From a virus: 50,946 bases of DNA. The position numbers and the translations under genes are program-made. How positions within the stretch are numbered: position 1 is the first letter of the stretch; the number at the start of each line of letters is the position of its first letter. The stretch lies in the IMG/VR virus record IMGVR_UViG_3300039098_000131, positions 1 through 50,946 of that record; one strand, written 5' to 3'. The notes under the pieces were generated by a model, which had not been told where the DNA came from, did not search any database, and saw nothing but the letters and a program-made list of their open reading frames with translations. Positions 32,428 through 42,108 of the stretch are shown one piece after another.

Positions 32428-35400
32428 GCTCCAATGATAATTGAACCGCTTCTTCGTCGGTTCCGCTTAAAGTCCAACTCCAATACTTTGTATAATAAGT
32501 TATATTGCATAAAGAATCACCAGAAATTGCGGTTGTTACTGTGCCGTTTTCTTCTGGTGTTACTGTACCCAGATTAGTCCTAGTCCCATACTCGGAGGAT
32601 ACCAAACCATAACAGGGCTTGGTCAATTTTCCTTCCCCATTATGGAATTCCAAGTCCTCGTCCGTTACCTCCTCAACCACTAGGCCATTACTTATCAAAC
32701 TAACATTTGTGAGTTCGGAGGTGACCAAGCGAACTGCTACCCCAGACCATGGCACCCTGTAAACCTTTATAATGAAGGAACCGTCTTCTTGTTCTTCGGG
32801 AACAATCGTATGCCCTGAAGCGTTGAGAACCGTTCCCACCTCGACCCTATTCCATCCGTCCTTTTTCTCAATTGCAGTACGGAGGGAGCTGAAGTCGTCA
32901 CCCTCAGAAAAGGTGTAGGTGGGTGTTGTTATTTGGTCGAACTTATCGGAGTCAACAACATAATGAGGAACCGCTATTATATCGCCGGCATACAAGGAGT
33001 TTATTTTACCGCCTAACTCGTTAACTATGTTCCTGATTACCGAAAGTGGGGAATCACCTATCGCAGTAACATTGCTTTCAGTAAGGACTGGGTCCGTTGG
33101 GAGCATCCAGGTTACCGTTTCCCCCTCAAGAGCGGCAAGGGCGTTAACTATTTGGCTTGCCTTTCCACTGACTACAAATGATTCCGGTACCTTTGACGCA
33201 TAGGGGAAATCCAGGAGCACAGCTTTTGACATAAACTGTACTGAGTACTGATACCTTCCTGCTGCCTCATTTCGCTCCTTGCCAGTAACAACAAAGTTAA
33301 ATGTCCTCCCCATTGCGGTTACTGTCACATCCGCCCCAATTGGGATGCTCCGGTAAACGGCCTTCTTTATTACTGTTGCATTACATGACCCAACATACTG
33401 TTCCCGTGTAAACCTGAGCTGGGAAACGGAATTTACTTGAACTTCGGTACCGTCAATTTCGACCATAGCTGCACTTTCGTCGGAACTGGATTCTGGCAAC
33501 ATTGCATACGGTTGGGTGAAATCCTTTGTTAAAGACGTAGTCTCTTTGATTCCGTAGCCCTGAGCAAAGTCCTTTACAAGGTAACCTCCGCTTATTGTGT
33601 ACTTTTGTAAAAATTCCTTGACAAGCAGCGGATTCATTTTATATGTCTGAACCATATCGACAACCAGCTTGCTTGCCTCTCCGTAATCCTGAACAAAGTC
33701 GACAACATGGTACCTGCTTTGGGTGTAGTGTTGCAGCAGTTCGACTAACATCTCAGGGCTTTCACCATATTGCTGTACCATTTCCAACAGCATCTCGATT
33801 CCGTAATACTGAACCATGTCGGTAACTAGGGAAGCCGCACCGATCCCGTATTCCTGTACCATGTCAACCACAAACTTATCCACAAGCGCATAATTCTGGA
33901 CCAGGTCTACGTAGAGCACCCCGGCAAGTATCTCTGGTATTGATGCGGTAAAAAGGGAGTCAGTAAACGACTTAGCAACAACATCTATTTCCGTTGAGGA
34001 CATAACGCTATTGGATATTCTCTCAAAGCCTATCGCACCTCTCAGGTGAAGGGTTGAGTCCCCTATTTCCCCAGTACCAGCTAACATGTCAGAGGTGGCC
34101 CCGGCCATGGCTTCAATGGTATCGTTGCTGAGAGTTTCTATGCCACCGGTCCCTGCTGTAGTGTCATAGATATACATTAAGCCGACATTTCCTGAGGAGC
34201 TATAAGTTGCTGCAACGTAGTACTCATGCCCTGCTTCCCAGTCCGTTACTGTTGATTTTATGTTCCCACCAAAAGTACCAAGCTGTAACGTACCAGCATT
34301 GTTTACCGCCAATGCGTATGAGTCATTAAGCCCTTGCTGCCTGTCTATTAAGTAATGATACCTATCGGTAGGATTTCCAATGTCGTCTGTGGGTGAAAAC
34401 AAACATTCTACAGTCAACAAGTCTGTTATATTATGGTCTTCATGGTAACCAAAATTGATGTAATCATCTGTGGCGTCAAACTCTATTAGTTTGCCAGTTG
34501 CTCCATCTATCAGATCGCCTGATAGCATAGTGCCATTAGAAGTCCCATGTTTTGCCCTACTAGTGGAATCTAATACTTGAGGTGCAGTACCGGATGGGTC
34601 AGTGGCAAAGTGTGACACAAAAACCTCCTGGTCTTTGTACACTTTTGTAGCAGGAAAAGAACCGGTTTCGCCCACGTAGCCGGTTATTCCTTCAGCATAG
34701 TTAACTACGAAGTTGTCAAAGCTGCCTCCTAATGTAACTGAGGCCCACCAAACTCTTGCCCATAAGGTTATGTACACGTCTTCTACTGTGTAGCTTGTTT
34801 CTGTGGTCAATGCAACAAAAGAAGCGCCATCCAAGTAGTAACAGGTAATTGTAGTGCCGACTCTTGAAATCCTAAGGGTACCAGACAAATCACGGGAGCC
34901 TCCAGCCACGCCAGTGCTCCCAGATATAAAGCTCCTATAAGGTCCGTATGCTGTATTATATACTGCTGATGCAGCGTAATTTTCACATGCGTGCGGGGGA
35001 TCATCTTGGGCTGTTCCACACACAATTCCGAAAGCCCAAGCATTGTCATTAGACGGCACTTCATCTAGTATAAAATCTACCTGTACGTCAAAGTCACCAG
35101 ACAACTTAAACAAGGATCTAATATACGGATAAGATATGGCAGCAGCGTCAAACCGTAGGCTGTCATTCTGTACGCTTATCGTTCCGCTTGTGTCCCCGCC
35201 ATCTGCTGAACTGTGTATAACGTCAGTCCACAAAGCACTACTAGGTGTGTCACCATTAGCGCCTGTAAAATCGTCAGCAATTGGCGAGTATTTTAAAATA
35301 GTGTCTGCTGAGTTTACTACAAAGTTATCAAAATTTGTAGTTGATGTAATTGAAGCCCCTGTTTCTGCTTTTAGTTCTATAAAAACGGGGCCGGTGTAAC

Positions 35401-38155
35401 ATCCGGATGAAGAATAAAGGGCAACAAATCCAGACCCGGTATTATAGGATATCGTAACAACGTCAGAAGCTCTTGTAATTTTAAATGATCCACTTGTGGC
35501 TGTTACTGCGTCAAAGTCACTTCCCGCATCAATAAAATCTATGAATATTCCTGCTGTCACTCTGTGCAATCCAGAAACGTACCTTCTATCAATATAAAAA
35601 AGCTGATCATTTACGTCAAGATTGTTCTTTATTGATAGTCTTGCTAGCCAAAAATGAACGTCAGGAGCACTTACATCCCAATCAACACTTATCGAAAAGT
35701 CGCCAAGGAAGGATGAGTGACTGATTAAAGTATTCCTATCCAAGGAAGCACTTATAGAGCAGTTTAACTTGTTGCTTAGTATTCTAAACCCTTGCAGCCC
35801 TAAATAGTTATACCATAATAACTCATTAGGTGAATCACCGCTTGTTCCTGTAAAATCGTCACTAGCTTCCGCCGGAGTCACTGTCGTGGGGACAGTGTCA
35901 TTGTCATGAGCATCTTTATCGTAATAAAAAGCAAGCTCAGCTCCGTACTTTTCAAACCCCTCTGGGTAAACGACAGAATCCGCTTCTAAGGTAAAATTAT
36001 CAAAGCTTACATCTACGGTAGGCCCAGCGGCCACCCATTCCCTAGTACGCAAACGGATGTAAGCTGTACCAAGACCAAAATTCGTTCCAGAAAGAAGGAC
36101 AACCCACCCACCATCGTAATACTCGCAGTAGATGGTTGCTCCGACACGCCTCACGCGAAGCTGGCCAGAAATGTCAGCAGAGCCTCCTAGTGCAGTAGTT
36201 GGAGCGATAGCTGCACGATACGGCCCACGGGAGGCGTTTTCTCTGTTTAAATAAATGTATGATGTTGCTGATTCCCCATAGGGGCTGTCAGATATATAAA
36301 GGCCAAACTGCCAGTTGGTGTCTGGGCTAGGAGCGTAAGCCAAGGCGAAATCAACGGCAACCGTAAAGTCTCCATCCACCGTGTATATACTGTGTACCAT
36401 GGGAGCTGCTACTTCACCAGGAACAACCATTCTAAGCTTGTTATTCCTTATTTCAACTGTTCCGTTTGTGCTTCCGCCGTCAACAGAATCATGTCCTGCT
36501 AACCAAAGGTTGGTATCAGGGACTGAGCCGTCAACACCTGTGAACTGATCACTAGCCCCGTGTTCGTTTATCTTTGGGACTCTTACCATGAGCTTTGCGT
36601 AATCTGTTTCCCATGTAACCCTTTCAATAAAGCATTGATTTTCAGTCACCGTGTCTTCTAACGCTATCCTATTTAGGTAGTAGTCAGGATCAACGCGTAT
36701 GTACATCTCTGTTTCTGGTTTTCTAAACCTAGTTGTATAAACAGCAACACCTTTTGTATAAACGATATTGCTCACTGTTCCTGAGTAATAGCGATTTGTG
36801 CTTCCCGTATACAGAACGCCTATAGACAATTGCCTTGTGCCAGATAGATTTTCACCTGTGAATATGTCACTTCTGAATATTCCGTTTATCCAAAGCTCTA
36901 GTGTATCCCCATCCCTGACTTGGAATACCACATGATCAACTTGTCCTGGTACCCTACTGATAGCGAATGATTTAAATACCCCTCCAGAATCACTTTGGTG
37001 ATTTAACTGATAGGTCACAGAGGTGTCAGAGGACGCTGCTGCGGAAATACAGCCACGGCTATAGTAACTTCCGGCGGTTGCGAACCCAAATATCCCAGCG
37101 TTAGCAGCCCCGTTATCAGGACAGCACATACACTCTAGGGTAAAGGAACCACCTGCTGGGCCATCAACATCGGTTTTGTAGTAACCGTCACCATTCATCC
37201 TGAGGCAAGACCCGCCTAGGTGTGTTGTTGATTCTTGTATGCTACCGGTTCCACTTGCCCGGGTCATTGCCGTTCCTTTCAGTGTTGCAAAGGTCGTGGC
37301 ACCGACAGCCCCATTAACCGGGGATGCATAGACCACGCTTGTGTCGAAATACGGAATAATATCTTCAACCAATAGGTCCTCGAAAACAACTGAGCAATCT
37401 AGGGATTCTGTCCCTGTTCCGTTTGGTATTTCTGGTGGCCAATAAAAATCATCGGAGGTAACCGAAATATTACTGTATAGCAGCTCCGATGTTCCTCCAA
37501 AATCACCGGAGGTCCTAAGCAAAATCTGAACTGGATCACTGAATGTATGGGTAAAAGTAAAACCTGAGGTGCTTCCGTCCCACTCCCACCTATCGTTATC
37601 CCATACATAGGCAGTCATTACACTACCTACTCTCTTAATCCTTAACTTGGTGTTTGTCAGGGATGTGCTATAAACAGGGCTATCAACGGTGGAGTTAGCG
37701 AAGAATCTTGTACCAACGTTGTATGGTAACTGTAAGTTCAGTTCGCAGTAGGTATTATTCAATGGCTGGATGCGAAGCTTAGCCAGGTAGGAGTAGCTGC
37801 TGCTTGGGGAAACTGCTGAAACCACCTCTATGTCTGTGGATACATCAAAATCACCAGTCAGGAAAAACTTTGATGTAACTTGACCGTAGGAATCATCCGT
37901 AGAGTTGATTATATTAATCCGCAATGCATTTCCTGCTATTGTGGCTGCGTCCAAAGAGTTGTATTTATACTCCTCCCAAAAAATGGTGCTTGGCGGAAAG
38001 TAGTCGTCACCGTTGAATAATCCAGTTAGGTCGTCAGATGTACGAACTTTTTTTAGTATGAGAGGAATGGCTTGGGTTACCAATTCCGTACTTTGGGTTG
38101 GTACCTTAAGATCAATTTTTTTGTTTACGTTAAAGCCAGGAATCATTTCAATCAC
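32420..38155 (-). CDS. Giant (1911 aa) multi-domain tail fibre / host-recognition protein
   Basis: Single uninterrupted ORF. It has four copies of a module of about 190 aa, two further ConA/LamG-like regions, a short-repeat array and a C-terminal domain of about 360 aa. It lies at the distal end of the tail module. Confidence 0.75.
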   Translation of the reverse strand: MIEMIPGFNVNKKIDLKVPTQSTELVTQAIPLILKKVRTSDDLTGLFNGDDYFPPSTIFWEEYKYNSLDAATIAGNALRINIINSTDDSYGQVTSKFFLTGDFDVSTDIEVVSAVSPSSSYSYLAKLRIQPLNNTYCELNLQLPYNVGTRFFANSTVDSPVYSTSLTNTKLRIKRVGSVMTAYVWDNDRWEWDGSTSGFTFTHTFSDPVQILLRTSGDFGGTSELLYSNISVTSDDFYWPPEIPNGTGTESLDCSVVFEDLLVEDIIPYFDTSVVYASPVNGAVGATTFATLKGTAMTRASGTGSIQESTTHLGGSCLRMNGDGYYKTDVDGPAGGSFTLECMCCPDNGAANAGIFGFATAGSYYSRGCISAAASSDTSVTYQLNHQSDSGGVFKSFAISRVPGQVDHVVFQVRDGDTLELWINGIFRSDIFTGENLSGTRQLSIGVLYTGSTNRYYSGTVSNIVYTKGVAVYTTRFRKPETEMYIRVDPDYYLNRIALEDTVTENQCFIERVTWETDYAKLMVRVPKINEHGASDQFTGVDGSVPDTNLWLAGHDSVDGGSTNGTVEIRNNKLRMVVPGEVAAPMVHSIYTVDGDFTVAVDFALAYAPSPDTNWQFGLYISDSPYGESATSYIYLNRENASRGPYRAAIAPTTALGGSADISGQLRVRRVGATIYCEYYDGGWVVLLSGTNFGLGTAYIRLRTREWVAAGPTVDVSFDNFTLEADSVVYPEGFEKYGAELAFYYDKDAHDNDTVPTTVTPAEASDDFTGTSGDSPNELLWYNYLGLQGFRILSNKLNCSISASLDRNTLISHSSFLGDFSISVDWDVSAPDVHFWLARLSIKNNLDVNDQLFYIDRRYVSGLHRVTAGIFIDFIDAGSDFDAVTATSGSFKITRASDVVTISYNTGSGFVALYSSSGCYTGPVFIELKAETGASITSTTNFDNFVVNSADTILKYSPIADDFTGANGDTPSSALWTDVIHSSADGGDTSGTISVQNDSLRFDAAAISYPYIRSLFKLSGDFDVQVDFILDEVPSNDNAWAFGIVCGTAQDDPPHACENYAASAVYNTAYGPYRSFISGSTGVAGGSRDLSGTLRISRVGTTITCYYLDGASFVALTTETSYTVEDVYITLWARVWWASVTLGGSFDNFVVNYAEGITGYVGETGSFPATKVYKDQEVFVSHFATDPSGTAPQVLDSTSRAKHGTSNGTMLSGDLIDGATGKLIEFDATDDYINFGYHEDHNITDLLTVECLFSPTDDIGNPTDRYHYLIDRQQGLNDSYALAVNNAGTLQLGTFGGNIKSTVTDWEAGHEYYVAATYSSSGNVGLMYIYDTTAGTGGIETLSNDTIEAMAGATSDMLAGTGEIGDSTLHLRGAIGFERISNSVMSSTEIDVVAKSFTDSLFTASIPEILAGVLYVDLVQNYALVDKFVVDMVQEYGIGAASLVTDMVQYYGIEMLLEMVQQYGESPEMLVELLQHYTQSRYHVVDFVQDYGEASKLVVDMVQTYKMNPLLVKEFLQKYTISGGYLVKDFAQGYGIKETTSLTKDFTQPYAMLPESSSDESAAMVEIDGTEVQVNSVSQLRFTREQYVGSCNATVIKKAVYRSIPIGADVTVTAMGRTFNFVVTGKERNEAAGRYQYSVQFMSKAVLLDFPYASKVPESFVVSGKASQIVNALAALEGETVTWMLPTDPVLTESNVTAIGDSPLSVIRNIVNELGGKINSLYAGDIIAVPHYVVDSDKFDQITTPTYTFSEGDDFSSLRTAIEKKDGWNRVEVGTVLNASGHTIVPEEQEDGSFIIKVYRVPWSGVAVRLVTSELTNVSLISNGLVVEEVTDEDLEFHNGEGKLTKPCYGLVSSEYGTRTNLGTVTPEENGTVTTAISGDSLCNITYYTKYWSWTLSGTDEEAVQLSLELV
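33500..33928 (-). repeat. About ten degenerate 13-15-aa coding repeats, LVxDxVQxYG-like
   Basis: aa ~1410-1552 read VDLVQNYA, VVDMVQEYG, VTDMVQYYG, LLEMVQQYG, LVELLQHYT, VVDFVQDYG, VVDMVQTYK, VKEFLQKYT, VKDFAQGYG, TKDFTQPYA. Confidence 0.85.
34697..36553 (-). repeat. Three tandem copies of a lectin-like coding module of about 190 aa (aa ~535-1153 of the giant protein)
   Basis: Each copy starts [SA]D[DQ]FTG..G..P...LW, contains GDF.[VI].VD[FW] and [LF][RK][IV].R[VA], and ends FDNF[TV][LV]. A fourth, more divergent copy lies at aa ~40-235 (37451..38038). Confidence 0.8.
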
Positions 38156-38517
38156 CTATCAATGGGTACATTTTTTAGATCTGCAATATCAGCGCCAGTG
38201 TAAAACTCGTCATAGTGACACGATAAACACAGCGAGGAATAAACAAAGTCACCGCCAACCATAGTCTCGGGTTTATCGTTAACATTAAGCAGCAACATTG
38301 GTTGCCTACATTCCGGACATTTTAAACGGTGCTTTTCTGCCTTCTTCTGGTTTTCCCTGGCCTTCCTGGATACCTCGTTTTGCTTTTCCATGTTTGCGTC
38401 TAGGCGCTCTTTTACGAGCGTTGTAAGATGCCCGATAGAAACAAGCTTTCTTTCGGCTTGCTTTAACAAAGAAAAGAAATCAGCCAGTTGCCTAGTTGTA
38501 TATGCGTCAAGTCTCAT
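38152..38517 (-). CDS. Zinc-ribbon protein within the tail module
   Basis: CPEC ... CLSC. 121 aa. Confidence 0.5.
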   Translation of the reverse strand: MRLDAYTTRQLADFFSLLKQAERKLVSIGHLTTLVKERLDANMEKQNEVSRKARENQKKAEKHRLKCPECRQPMLLLNVNDKPETMVGGDFVYSSLCLSCHYDEFYTGADIADLKNVPIDR

Positions 38518-38518
38518 A

Positions 38519-40510
38519 TCAGCACCTCCATTCGTGCCATGTTCTTCGGTCTATCCGATAGCCTACTGCTGTCCTTCTGGTACCACAAACACTTACGCCA
38601 TACCTATCCAAATATGTGTAATAATCAGGACTGCAAAGAGCACACCCGTTGTTAACGTTACAGGAATAGGTATCGTACCAATCGCAACTGAGAGGATTAA
38701 CCTCAGCAGGGATTGCCAAGCAGTTTGGATACCCATCGTAAGTGTATAACCTTTCGCCGCACAGTGTAACGGGGTTGGTGGAGTACTCCCCGTCAGACCG
38801 GACAAGCCCTATTTTCCCATATTCAGTAAATAGTAAAGACCCGTCAATGGTCTGTACTGTCCAGCTTCTCCCATCCTCTGCCACTGTAACGCTATGAACT
38901 GGGTCAAACTCATCCTGAGGAAGGCCAGATCCGTTTGGGTTGTCATACGAGCAACTTCTATCTTCGTCATTGTAACAAGTTCCACCCGGATAACACTGCT
39001 CTGACCAGCGCCTGCTCTCAACCAGGACCCAGGAACCGTCCACTGCCCTGAAAGTGTAGGTGTACTCCGTTGCACAGGCATCCGCCACCGAGATAAAAAG
39101 GGTTCCACAAATGTCCTCAGAGTGCAAAGTAATATATCCTGCCTTTGTGGTTATGCTTTGGGTCTTGCTTCCGTTATCATCCAGGAAATGAGTCTCGGCC
39201 TGTCCGCTCATGTACGTGAAAGGAGCAAGCCCACCGTTTATGTAAAAGATACCACTGCTGTAATCAGCCATGACGGACGGGGAAGTAATTTCATCGAAAG
39301 TCACCGGGGTAGCCTTTTCGCAGCAATCCAAACCTGCAAGCTGCTGCCTAACCGTTGTAGTCCCACAGTTCGGCCCCTTTGGCCCTACTGGCACTATCCT
39401 GGTATTGTCACCATAAATATCTTTATACTTTTGTGCACCTCCTTTTATCCCAACACCGCCACGATAGATGGTGGTAGTCTCAGCACATTTAGGCAGAGGC
39501 ATCCCGGGCGGGTGGCAGCATTTCTGCTCATAAAATTCAGGGTCGGAAATGTCCCCGGTGGTTTCGTCGCAGTCTACATAGCCCTCCACATAGGTTTCCG
39601 AGCCAATAAGTTTTCTACATGAACTTTGATTCTGAGGACAAAACAAATCACCGTCTCCGCAATCCGCTGATTGCTCAACTGTCCTCCGGTCAACCGTTTC
39701 ACCTGAGCATTTACATTTTGTCAAGTAGTTAACCAGTTTATAGCACGAAACGTTGTCTGGTGTTACGTTTAAGTCCTGGCCATAACTGCAAAACCTTTGC
39801 GGATCATCAATTGTCTCGTCTACCGGAGGAGTCTCAAGTTCGGTGTCGTCCACCATACCCTCGAAAAAACCAACGGCCATTACCGTGTCCTCAGTCGAGT
39901 CAATGGACACTTCATATTGGGCGTAAGTAATGGTCCCTGTAATACGAACCGAACCACTAACCGAAGTCCCGAGGTAGGCAACACTGTTGCTGAAAGATTC
40001 CTCCACGTTCCCAGCGCTTACAAAGCCATGCATGGTTATTGACGGTGTTCCGGTAAAACGCCTCTCCGTGAAAATTGAGGATTCCCCATCTAGCGAATAC
40101 GTTTGGTCAAACTCCTCGGTTATTATAATGGGGCCAGAAACCACATCCCCGCCAAATATCTTTAGGACTGTTTCTGCGTCGTGGGAGGTGTGAACATTAA
40201 CCTGGATGGAGCAGTTGTCCCCGTTATATGAGCATACCGAGTAGTTTAGTTTCTTGACCTCTTCATCGAATTCCGCCAAAGTTAAAGGTGGCTCAGCGTT
40301 TCCGCTTTCGTCAAGTTCGACTTCGTTTGATTCCTCCGACTCTGGGTTTATACATGGGTCGGTATCAAAAACGGAGTCTATAAAAGCGGCTGTCTCAGCA
40401 GGGCTTACTTGGTCAACTGTGAATGCCGCCTGCTCGACCAATATCCAGGCAGCACCATAATCATCTTCCAGGATTCCAACTGCTATTGCTTTGTCTTCAT
40501 ATTTTTTCAT
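38519..40510 (-). CDS. Cysteine-dense 663-aa tail-tip/baseplate protein
   Basis: About 30 Cys by hand count, 27 of them in the C-terminal ~430 aa. The N-terminus shares a motif with the two upstream genes. Confidence 0.6.
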   Translation of the reverse strand: MKKYEDKAIAVGILEDDYGAAWILVEQAAFTVDQVSPAETAAFIDSVFDTDPCINPESEESNEVELDESGNAEPPLTLAEFDEEVKKLNYSVCSYNGDNCSIQVNVHTSHDAETVLKIFGGDVVSGPIIITEEFDQTYSLDGESSIFTERRFTGTPSITMHGFVSAGNVEESFSNSVAYLGTSVSGSVRITGTITYAQYEVSIDSTEDTVMAVGFFEGMVDDTELETPPVDETIDDPQRFCSYGQDLNVTPDNVSCYKLVNYLTKCKCSGETVDRRTVEQSADCGDGDLFCPQNQSSCRKLIGSETYVEGYVDCDETTGDISDPEFYEQKCCHPPGMPLPKCAETTTIYRGGVGIKGGAQKYKDIYGDNTRIVPVGPKGPNCGTTTVRQQLAGLDCCEKATPVTFDEITSPSVMADYSSGIFYINGGLAPFTYMSGQAETHFLDDNGSKTQSITTKAGYITLHSEDICGTLFISVADACATEYTYTFRAVDGSWVLVESRRWSEQCYPGGTCYNDEDRSCSYDNPNGSGLPQDEFDPVHSVTVAEDGRSWTVQTIDGSLLFTEYGKIGLVRSDGEYSTNPVTLCGERLYTYDGYPNCLAIPAEVNPLSCDWYDTYSCNVNNGCALCSPDYYTYLDRYGVSVCGTRRTAVGYRIDRRTWHEWRC

Positions 40511-41327
40511 AATCTACCAGTATTACTGCTCCCGTACAGGTTGCATAGTAAACTACCGCCCTCTTTTCGTCGTCCCCAATTGCGCTCCCAACAATCCGGA
40601 GGTCATCGGTACCGGGACAAGTCTCCAAGAGGTAGGCCACGCAAGGCGGGATCTCCAAGGGCTCACTCACAGTTTCCGTGGTTCCGTCTTCCGCCTGAAA
40701 TGTTACCAACGCTGATTCCTCAACATTGGTAATGGCGTTTTTAGAATCGAGGTCAAAATTGTAAGTGTCGTCAAAGGAGATTAGGTCTTTACAATAAAAA
40801 CCATGCGCCGTTGCCGAAATGGTTAGGATTGAGAAATGAGCCTCTTCAAACTCAATTCCGGTAGGTGTTATGGTATACCCAACTTCTGGGATAACATTCC
40901 CAACGGCGTCATAGCAAGGGCTCCTGGAAATAACTGCCGCTCCTGAACAATAAAAAGGAAACGGCATAAAGGTAGCCTGTGCCACTATTATGTCGAAATT
41001 CCTTTTCCTGGCTACAACTGTTTTTTCCACCACATCGCCAATGCTTGCACCAATGGTCATTTCCAACGCTGGATCACTAGGCCATACATAAAAGTTGACA
41101 AATGTTTCCACCGTTCCGTCCGTTGATACTGTTACGTTGCACCCGTCCTCTAGGTAGGACCTTGCCGATACCCCTGAAAGGGCCAGGCTGTACATCTGGA
41201 CTAGGTCGTTTGTGTTTACCGAGGCTGCTTTTACCTTCTCGGGTTCGATAAAAACCCAGACACTCCCCCGAGTGTCCGAGTCTTCCGAGACCGAAATAGT
41301 AACGTCCTCGTAATTGTTAGTAGGCAT
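40497..41327 (-). CDS. Tail-tip module protein (paralogous N-terminus)
   Basis: 276 aa. The N-terminus reads VTISVSEDSDTRGSVWVFIEPEKV. Confidence 0.55.
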   Translation of the reverse strand: MPTNNYEDVTISVSEDSDTRGSVWVFIEPEKVKAASVNTNDLVQMYSLALSGVSARSYLEDGCNVTVSTDGTVETFVNFYVWPSDPALEMTIGASIGDVVEKTVVARKRNFDIIVAQATFMPFPFYCSGAAVISRSPCYDAVGNVIPEVGYTITPTGIEFEEAHFSILTISATAHGFYCKDLISFDDTYNFDLDSKNAITNVEESALVTFQAEDGTTETVSEPLEIPPCVAYLLETCPGTDDLRIVGSAIGDDEKRAVVYYATCTGAVILVDYEKI

Positions 41328-42108
41328 AAATCTCGTCCGTTATTGTTTCCTGAGCGCAGTAGTCAACCACTATCACTCGGTTTGCGTTTCGGTGGAGGTC
41401 TTCAGGTAAGTCGTCTTCATCCTGTGAGACTGAGCCGTTAATTGACACCCCTCCGATACACCCGGCGTCACCGTCATACGATTCCGAGTTGGGTGGTGGG
41501 TCTAGGACCTTATGTACCACCCCGCCCTGATAAACTGCGTATGCCACACTATTATACAAGTTTTCGTCAGCTTCCGCTCTAGGTTCCACCACTACCGAAT
41601 AGGAATAGCGAGTCACATTATACTTGATAATGGCAGTCCCATATACAGCAACATCTGAGTAAGCGTACCCATTCGAAACTGAAAGGGTAGCGTTGACATC
41701 TGCTCCCTTGGAATCTAGGGGACTGGTCAACCATTCCGTGTGAACAATGTCCCTTCCTGGATACTTAAGTTTTTTGCTATCGGTAAGCTTGAAAAACACG
41801 GATTCGGTTTCAACGTAGTCTTCCCGGATAGCGCCGCTGAGTGTTCCCCTGCTTAGATGCAACTCAAAGGCAAGGTCCTCAACAAGTGGGTAAACGTAAA
41901 GAATAGTTGCCATGTTGCCGTCAACCATTCCGCAATTGACGGTAGCGCCGAAATCCTCGTTGTAGAGGTACGACGCTATCGTCCGGACCATGTTGGCCGT
42001 GGTGACATACCCGGTATACGGTGCCCAATCTTCCTGCTCGATTAGGACACCAGTAAAACCAGATACATCCCCGACGCCAACGCTTATGCTAGTATCATGA
42101 ACTTTCAC
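41317..42108 (-). CDS. Tail-tip module protein (paralogous N-terminus)
   Basis: 263 aa. The N-terminus reads TSISVGVGDVSGFTGVLIEQEDW. Confidence 0.55.
   Translation of the reverse strand: MKVHDTSISVGVGDVSGFTGVLIEQEDWAPYTGYVTTANMVRTIASYLYNEDFGATVNCGMVDGNMATILYVYPLVEDLAFELHLSRGTLSGAIREDYVETESVFFKLTDSKKLKYPGRDIVHTEWLTSPLDSKGADVNATLSVSNGYAYSDVAVYGTAIIKYNVTRYSYSVVVEPRAEADENLYNSVAYAVYQGGVVHKVLDPPPNSESYDGDAGCIGGVSINGSVSQDEDDLPEDLHRNANRVIVVDYCAQETITDEIYAY

Noticed and set aside
33500-33928. Periodic nucleotide repeats that could be mistaken for a CRISPR-like or satellite array
   Set aside because: The repeats are in frame within an uninterrupted 1911-aa ORF. They are degenerate at the DNA level and have no spacer/repeat alternation, so they are protein-coding repeats.
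34697-38038. Diversity-generating retroelement target, given the repeated variable lectin-like domains
   Set aside because: No reverse transcriptase, no template repeat copy elsewhere, and no adenine-specific mismatch pattern could be identified in the window.
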